From Octopus vulgaris (Eukaryota), in the NCBI GenBank assembly GCA_951406725.2, contig OX597826.1:13392001-13456000 (forward strand): DNA of 64,000 bases. Reading direction: 5' to 3'. The notes under the pieces were generated by a model. The model had not been told where the DNA came from. It saw only the letters and a program-made list of their open reading frames with translations, and made no database searches. Below are positions 55,824 through 64,000 of this stretch, in pieces (position 1 is the stretch's first letter; each line of letters begins with the position of its first letter). Made by a program: the position numbers and the translations under genes.

Positions 55824-56176
55824 GGCGCAGGAGTGGCTGTGTGGTAAGTAGCTTGTTTACCAACCACCTGGTTCCGGGTTCAGTCCCACTGCGTGGCACC
55901 TTGGGCAAGTGTCTTCTATAGCCTCGGGCCGACCAAAGCCTTGTGAGTGGATTTGGTAGACGGAAACTGAAAAAAGCCCGTCGTATTTTGTCCCCCTAGC
56001 ATCGCTTGACAACCGATGCTGGTGTGTTTATGTCCCCGTTACTTAGCGGTTCGGCAAAAGAGACCGATAGAATAAGTACTGGGCTTACAAAGAATAAGTC
56101 CCGGGGTCGAGTTGCTCCAGTAAAGGCGGTGCTCCAGCATGGCCGTAGTCAAATGACTGAAACAAGTAAAAGAGTA
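55824..56176 (+). mobile_element. SINE family A lacking the internal microsatellite
   Basis: gcccgtcgtat joined directly to tttgtccccctagc. Confidence 0.88.
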
Positions 56177-56619
56177 ATATACTTCAGAGTAAGGCGAAAC
56201 GGTATCACTTCAGAAGCTAACACGGGAGCGGTAGGTACGTATTTAGCTCTAACTGCAGCTTAACAATGCCGTGAGGTCGTGTCACTTCTGAGACCAAATC
56301 GAAATCTCTGGCTGGATTATTTTCCAGCTCTTTACATTTTGAGATCAAATACTACCGAGGTATTTGTCTTTCATTCTGGAGCGGTCGATAAAATGAAGTA
56401 CTAATGTAGTACTGGGGTTGATGGTATGGACTAAACCTCTCCCATGAAAATTATTGTTTAGTGCCAAAATTTGAAACCATTATCATTCTTATCATTATTA
56501 ACAGTTTTTATGGACTGTAGGCTTGTTTCGCAATGTCATCATTTTTCGAAATAAATGTAAAATATATTTAGAGTAATTTATACGCAAAAAGAAAAACAAA
56601 AGCAACTATTAGCAACATA

Positions 56620-57036
56620 GGCGCAGGAGTGGCTGTGTGGTAAGTAGCTTGCTAACCAACCACATGGTTCCGGGTTCAGTCCCACTGCGTGGCATCTTGG
56701 GCAAGTGTCTTCTGCTATAGCCCCGGGCCGACCAATGCCTTGTGAGTGGATTTGGTAGACGGAAACTGAAAGAAGCCTGTCGTATATATGTATATATATA
56801 TATATGTGTGTGTGTGTATATGTTTGTATGTCTGTGTTTGTCTCCCTAGCATTGCTTGACAACCGATGCTGGTGTGTTTACGTCCCCGTCACTTAGCGGT
56901 TCGGCAAAAGAGACCGATAGAATAAGTACTGGGCTTACAAAAGAATAAGTCCCGGGGTCGATTTGGTCGACTAAAGGCGGTGCTCCAGCATGGCCGCAGT
57001 CAAATGACTGAAACAAGTAAAAGAGTAAAGAGAGAG
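56620..57036 (+). mobile_element. SINE family A, full-length
   Basis: Complete head to tail. Confidence 0.92.
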
Positions 57037-57240
57037 TATTAAAGAACACAATAAAATATATTGGGAGAAGGAAGCGCAGAAAAGAAGGGCAGTGGAAATA
57101 AGATGAGAGAGAAAGATACAGCATAAAAGAGGGATCAAAAGAAAATAGGAGAGGAGAGGATGCAATAAGAACGGGAGAAGAAAAGGGGAGAAATAAAGGG
57201 CTGAGATATTTAGAAGTTGGATTAAATCATCTGTTAGATT

Positions 57241-57656
57241 TACTCTTTTACTCTTTTACTCTTTTACTTGTTTCAGTCATTTGACTGCGGTCATGCTGGA
57301 GCACCGCCTTTAATCGAGCAACTCGACCCCGGGACTTATTCTTTGTAAGCCCAGTACTTATTCTATCGGTCTCTTTTGCCGAACCGCTAAGTGACGGGGA
57401 CATAAACACACCAGCATTGGTTGTCAAGCAATGCTAGGGGGACAAATACAGACACACAAACATACACGCACACATATATATATATATATACATATATACG
57501 ACAGGCTTCTTTCAGTTTCCATCAACCAAATCCACTCACAAGGCTTTGGTCGGCCCGAGGCTATAGTAGAAGATACTTGCGTAAGGTGCCACGCAGTGGG
57601 ACTGAACCCGAAACCATGTGGTTGGTAAGCAAGCTATTTACCACACAGCCACTCCT
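57241..57656 (-). mobile_element. SINE family A, full-length, inverted relative to 56620-57036
   Basis: Complete head to tail on the minus strand. Confidence 0.92.
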
Positions 57657-58311
57657 ATAAAAATCTAACTAAATCAAAGCAGCTTTGGCTAAATTATAGA
57701 ATGCTATTTACAGAAAGAGATACTAATTACTGATTAGCCATCACACGTTGTAAGGTTAAGTAAACACACGGACAAACTGTTTTTCGTTCGTAATGATTTA
57801 GCACTTACTTGCGTTGAATAACTAAATGGTTAAGTTTTTTTTATTATTCAATTAGGAAATGCGTGCAATTGTGTCCATGATTTAATTTAATATATTGCCA
57901 GCAATTAACGGATTATATTACTTTAAAGTCTATGCAATTCCGAAGCATATCTTATAAACTCAACTCATGGAGCAATTTGTGTCAAGTGCAAACTGTGGTT
58001 GCCTTCTTCTGAAAACTGAGGGCAGTCCCATTGAGCACATGCAGTGTGCATATAAATGTTTTTTTAAGGAATGCAACGAAAATTTAAACTATCTAAGGTC
58101 AAAGGGATCTGTCTTGAAACAACCCAGAAAGGCTGTTAAGAAAATTTCCTGCCGAACTTAAACCGGAAGGCTTACTGCGCCAGGAGGAAAGAAAAGAGAA
58201 TAAATTCGTACAAAAGACTTTAAAACATTTTGTTAATTAAAGTAATTTTCTTTAAAATATTTTCCTGCCTTACAGTTACTAAGCTTAAAAAAAAATTATG
58301 TATGTACGAGT

Positions 58312-58373
<62 letters not shown>

Positions 58374-58478
58374 CAATACATACATACACACACGCACACA
58401 CACACACATATATATATATAATATATTATCCTCCACCTCCTTTTCATCATCATTATCATCATCATCAGAATCATTATT

Positions 58479-59428
58479 TATTTCTTTACTACCCACAAGG
58501 GACTAAACATAGAGAGGACAAACAAGGACAGACAAACGGATTACATCGACCCCAGTGCGTAACTGGTACTTATTTAATCGACCCCGAAAGGATGAAAGGC
58601 AAAGTCGACCTCGGCGAAATTCGAACTCAGAACGTAGCGGCAGACGAAATACCTATTTCTTTACTACCCACAAGGGGCTAAACACAGAGAGGACAAACAA
58701 GGACAGACAAACGGATTAAGTCGATAACATCGACCCCAGTGCGTAACTGGTACTTATTTAATCGACCCCGAAAGGATGAAAGGCAAAGTCGACCTCGGCG
58801 AAATTCGAACTCAGAACGTAGCGGCAGACGAAATACCTATTTCTTTACTACCCACAAGGGGCTAAACACAGAGAGGACAAACAAGGACAGACAAACGGAT
58901 TAAGTCGATAACATCGACCCCAGTGCGTAACTGGCTTATTTAATCGACGAAAGGAAGGCAAAGTCGACCTCGGCGGAATTTGAACTCAGAACGTAACGGC
59001 AGACGAAATACCTATTTCTTTACTACCCACAAGGGGCTAAACACAGAGAGGACAAACAAGGACAGACAAACGGATTAAGTCGATTACATCGACCCCAGTG
59101 CGTAACTGGTACTTATTTAATCGACTCCGAAAGGATGAAAGGCAAAGTCGACCTCGGCGGAATTTGAACTCAGAACGTAACGGCAGACGAAATACCTATT
59201 TCTTTACTACCCACAAGGGGCGAAACACAGAGAGGACAAACAAGGACATACAGACGGATTAAGTCGATTATATCGACCCCAGTGCGTAACTGGTACTTAA
59301 TTTATCGACTCTGAAAGGATGAAAGGCAAAATTGACCGCGGCGGAATTTGAACTCAGAACGTAACGGCAGACGAAATACAGCGACGCATTTCGCCCGGCG
59401 TGCTAACGTTTCTGCCAGCTCACTGCCT
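58479..59428 (-). mobile_element. SINE family B pentamer (~184-bp tandem units)
   Basis: Unit starts at 58479, 58653, 58837, 59012 and 59196; a single head at 59380-59428. Confidence 0.92.
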
Positions 59429-59446
59429 TCATCAGAATCATCATCA

Positions 59447-59505
<59 letters not shown>

Positions 59506-60039
59506 GTATTTAATCGGCAGACGTTGTAAAGGGACTGAAGGGCTGAGAGTTTCATGCTTGCACTCACGTTTCGAGTTGTGTGTGTGTATGTATACATGTG
59601 TGTGTGTATTCACATGTGTGTATACATTTGTATATATGCATATGCTGGAAAGATTTTGCGTAATACATTTAAAGCAGGTCGCCTATGAATTCACGGTTAA
59701 GTAAAGTTAAATGCAGTGTTGTTTCATTTGAAACTTCCGTTAAACATAACAATAAACTTTAATTCTGAAATCCTTTAATTCAAAAAACGAATTTAAAATG
59801 AACAAAACCGGTGGTTCAGGAAGTAAAACACCCTCGGAAATGAAATCCTTCGTATAGCGAGTGAAAAGTGGCGACAAACCTGTCAAAGTATTGGAACAAC
59901 AATGAATGCAGTGATAAAGATATGGTATTAAGAGTTGCACTGATCCTCAGTTTATATATTAAATATGTACATATGATAGCCTTTAGAAGTCTGAATATTA
60001 CCACGGCAACACCCGTAAATATTCATATACACCGCCGGA

Positions 60040-60280
60040 AGTTGTTGTTGATAAACAACGGCAGTAATTTCATTCAGCTGAATGCACGTCATTGATTGGT
60101 TGAAATTACCGAAATACGACAAATTTAACAAAAAATAACTTGCAAAATACAGAATTTTCTCAACAGCGCCAAGAGAAAAAGATGTTTTATGTGACACATT
60201 CTACCAGTATACGATGTTTGAAAGTGTTTAATTACAAAAAAATTATTTTTTAAATCTGTCAGCCAAAAGGTAAAGATCCC
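60040..60280. mobile_element. Partial relative of the GGATC-TIR MITE family
   Basis: Shares acgtcattgattggttgaaatt...gacacattctaccagtatacga and ends aaagatcc. Confidence 0.6.
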
Positions 60281-60807
60281 ATAATGCTTAGCGGTATTTC
60301 GTCCGACTTTAGGTTCTGAGTTCAAATGCCGCCGAGGTCGACTTTCTCTTTCTTCTCTTTCGGGGACGATAAAATAAGTACCGGCTGACAAAAAGGGGTC
60401 ACTCTAATCGACTTATCCGCTCCCTCGAAATTGCTGGCCTTGTGCCAAAATTTGAAACCAATATTGTGCCGTTGCATAACCGCATATGTTATGAATTACG
60501 CAGCAGCATTACGGGAGATCTGTTTTTAGCTGAAGTCTGTGTTGTGGTAAACCTGAATGAATTACAAAAAAATACTAGAGGTTAGTAAACTAAAAACTAA
60601 TTTACAACCATGTTCTATTGATTTGTAGATAAGCCTATTTCCTGGAAGTACTTGCAACACCTGCGAGCTGATGCTCTGGAATCATCATGAAATTTACTTT
60701 TAAAAGAAAAAAATTTCAGGAACTTTGAAGTTTCACTATTTATTAATTTCGTCAGACATTCAGACGAAAAGAAATTGCTAAACTTTGAAATTACTGAGAA
60801 GCTTTTC

Positions 60808-60880
<73 letters not shown>

Positions 60881-61343
60881 GCACACATGTTTGTGTGGAA
60901 AAATGGATGTATGAATAAGTATTATGCCCAATACATGTATGTATAAATGTATGTATAAGTCTATGTACATAATTATCAGTTTTGAAGCTTAGGAACTAAT
61001 GTGCATAAAATTTATTCTGCATTTTGTTATGTAATTTTATCCCTTATTTCTTAATTATGTTAATTATTTAATCTTAAATTTTTCTACAGAAATTAACCAC
61101 AGCTTCCCCCACCCCTTTTTTCTCTCCATACTACTTCCTAAGACTTCCGGTTGTGAAAGGATAGATTAACTTCGATAAGTATATTTCATAACTAGATTTC
61201 TTAAATATTCCAACTCAGATTCCGTTGAACTTAACATTTTTTCAAATCAAACAGAATCTATAAACTCTAAGCTTTTACTTGGAATGAACGTAATCTTCAG
61301 TATTTTGATTTAAGCCTGCAAGTATACTTTGTTATGGCAATTG

Positions 61344-61787
61344 GGATCTTTTCGGTTCGAACGGCAGTTTTTTCTAGCGGTGTCATATGAAATTGTCACC
61401 CATAATTATGACCTTAGTATCGATCTATTGCATTTCAATCTATTTTAGGGTTAGGGTTAGAGTTAGGGTTAGGGTTAGTTAGGGTTAGGGGTAGGGGAAG
61501 GGTATCTTTTTTCTTCACAAATGTAAATAAACCCAATCTGTTTCTTAAACGAGGGACATATTGATACGGCACAGAATGTTTTCATCTCAATAGATGTCAC
61601 TGATTGGTTGAAATTGCAGAAATTGAAGAAAAAACAACAACAAATATCTTATAAACTATAGAATTTTCTCAATAAAGCCAAGAGAAAAAGATGTTTTATA
61701 AACACATTCTAGCAGTATACGAAGTTTAAAAGTGTTTAGTTACATGGAAATTATTAAAAAAAACTGCCGTTCAAACCGAAAAAGTCC
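61344..61787. mobile_element. GGATC-TIR MITE with (TTAGGG)n
   Basis: 8-bp TSD ggcaattg at 61336-61343 and 61788-61795; about 7 TTAGGG-like units at 61445-61490. Confidence 0.9.
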
Positions 61788-62860
61788 GGCAATTGCTTTA
61801 TGCTTCGGGTTATGAGAACGATTACACTCTGCAACTCGACTTTTGTCCTTGGGTACCAACTGTTATCTCCCTTTGCTCACACCTAGAAAGTATAAAAACT
61901 GGCTAATATTTCCTTCAAACTTTGCTTTTGTTACGTTTATTCAAGCCCCAAAGAATTTCTTCCAGCACATGGCTATGATGCTCCCCTACTACTCCTGCAC
62001 GTGATCAGTGATGCACATAGAGTCAACCATTAAGAGACATACTCAAGAAGTTCCGGTCAAGCGACTGACAAGTAAATCTGTGGTACTGAGCAGAATATTT
62101 GCTATAACGATATTTCTGCTTCAGCAATCCAGTACTGAAATTGTCTGAAATGTAATGGAAAATAGGTCAGTTTCAAAACATTGGTGTCCAGGTCACAATA
62201 GCAAAGTTTGAAGGGAATAGTAGTCCCTTCCTTTGATTTCTAGATAGAAGCAAATAGGAAATAATACTTACTGACCAAAGACGAAAAAAAAAATTGTTAC
62301 ACAGTATTATGGGACCGATTGTAGGCAAGCAGAAAACTCTAATTGTTAAAAGTAGTTTAAGAATATCTAAGTCATAAGCTTGTGAACATTTTTAATTCTA
62401 CACAAGGTGAAAAAGAGCCGTTTATCTATAAAACTCAAGGAAAATAATTAAAAAAAAATAAAAGCACTTTTGTGGGTTTAGATATTTTCCCTTCAGCGTC
62501 TTTTCGCTATCAATTGTCAAATCCTTATTCAATCGTTAAGCCTAATTTAATTAGCAGGAAATCTAGAAGGAATTTGAACTGATTTTTTGAAAGAGTTTGA
62601 ATTCTTAAGCATAATACTGCCGTTCTTTCATTCTTCCCAACTTAATTTTTTGACTTCATTTTCTATCTTCTTCCTATCCTTTTCTACTCTCTCTCCTTGT
62701 CTTCTCTTATTCCGATCGACTAAATTCCTTTACATCATTTTCTCTAGTTGTATTTTTATTCCTTCTGTTGCTTTTCTGATTTTTCTTTTCGAATATAAAC
62801 TCATGGATACTGAAATATGTTTTACTTATGGATGTTCATATTTTGCCAATTAAACTTTAT

Positions 62861-63090
62861 ATATTTCTTTACTACCCACAAGGAGCTACACACAGAGGGG
62901 ACAAACAAGGACAGACAAACGGATTAAGTCTATTACATCGACCCCAGTGTGTAACTGGTACTTAATTTCTCGACCCCGAAAGGATGAAAGGCAAAGTCGA
63001 CCTCGGCGGAATTTGAACTCAGAACGTAACGACAGACGAAATACGGCTACGCATTTCTCCCGGCGTGCTAACGATTCTGCCAGCTCGCCG
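62861..63090 (-). mobile_element. SINE family B monomer
   Basis: Full family B sequence. Confidence 0.88.
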
Positions 63091-63160
63091 TGTACTTCAG
63101 CTTTATTATTATTACTATTTTAGTTTAACTTCTTTGTGAAAGCTCTTACCTCACACATCC

Positions 63161-63254
63161 TGTGGCTTCATCAGCGACTCTCTATTCCACGTGTTTCCTC
63201 TTGATAAGCAGAACCAGAGGAGACACGTGGGATCGAGTCATTGATGAAGACACG
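63161..63254 (+). ncRNA. Candidate pre-miRNA-like hairpin
   Basis: ~38-bp stem with a 14-nt loop (63202-63215). Several mismatches are G-U compatible on the + strand. Confidence 0.4.
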
Positions 63255-63519
63255 GAATATTGAATTGATTTTACAATAACACAGAGAGCTATGAAAATAT
63301 AGCGAAATGAATTTGCGACCTTTAAAATGTTGTGCACACATACACACAAGTCTATTCACACAAATCTTCACCAAAAATAATGTTGTAGATAGAGAAGGAG
63401 GTGAAACAACTCTTTCTTGAGCATGGCATTTGCCATTAGTTAACTCGGCAAATAGTTATGCGAAATCTAAACACAATACAAGATGAGCAACCTGTGAGCT
63501 GTATCTCCCTCTCCCCCAA

Positions 63520-63552
<33 letters not shown>

Positions 63553-63581
63553 AGCCGATTTTGTCCGTATTCTACAGAAAA

Positions 63582-63843
63582 GGTGGAGGCGCGTGGCTTA
63601 GTGGTTAGGGTGTCAGCACCAGGATCGTAAGATTGTGGATTCGATTCCTGGACCGGGCGACGCGTTGTGTTCTTGAGCAAAACACTTCATTTCACGTTGC
63701 TCCAGTCCACTCAGCTGGCAAAAATGAGTAACACTGCGATGGACTGGCGTCCCGTCCAGCTGGGGAACACATACGCCATTGAAACCGGGAAACCGGGCCC
63801 ATGAGCCTGGCTAGGCTTTCAAAGGGCGCATTTATTTATTGAT
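63582..63843 (+). mobile_element. SINE family C, full-length
   Basis: 14-bp TSD tattctacagaaaa at 63568-63581 and 63844-63857. Confidence 0.92.
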
Positions 63844-64000
63844 TATTCTACAGAAAATAAAGGAATTCTCGAACGTGGGGTGGCTGTGAAGACAGCTTAA
63901 AAAATCAGGTAAATATCCTTTAGCAAGCTTCTACAGACAATCGAACCCTGCACCTCTTAAATGTCGGCCGAGTGCTCTGAGTGCGTGTGTGCGCACGTGT

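Noticed and set aside
58479-59428. CRISPR-like or hammerhead-retrozyme array
   Set aside because: The units are contiguous SINE bodies with no unique spacers, and no CTGANGA...GAAA core was found on either strand.
61445-61495. Telomere or chromosome-fusion site
   Set aside because: Short array internal to a TIR/TSD-bounded MITE present in several copies.
63585-63660. Functional tRNA genes in SINE heads
   Set aside because: A/B boxes are present but continue into SINE bodies with TSDs; no complete cloverleaf could be built.

Overview
AT-rich eukaryotic intronic/intergenic DNA, very dense in microsatellites and transposable elements. The SINE repertoire and repeat landscape suggest an octopus/coleoid cephalopod; this is an inference. 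Nearly all listed ORFs are microsatellite or SINE artefacts. No host gene is confidently identified, only 1-2 candidate minus-strand exons near the left edge. Contents: four or more tRNA-derived SINE families (called A-D here); a young 5'-truncated Tx1/L1-clade LINE inside a (TAGA)n tract; decayed Tx1, RTE and R4-like LINEs; non-autonomous mariners; a piggyBac remnant; Helitron-like elements; GGATC-TIR MITEs carrying (TTAGGG)n; and several hammerhead-ribozyme motifs. The strongest signal is SINE family B: it shares its 3' tail with the Tx1 LINE and appears to insert into a fixed site in its own head, building 184-bp multimers at several independent loci. Also notable are a tRNA-head + hammerhead element, a chimeric CR1/Tx1 insertion, a mariner carrying a captured flank, and a pre-miRNA-like hairpin.
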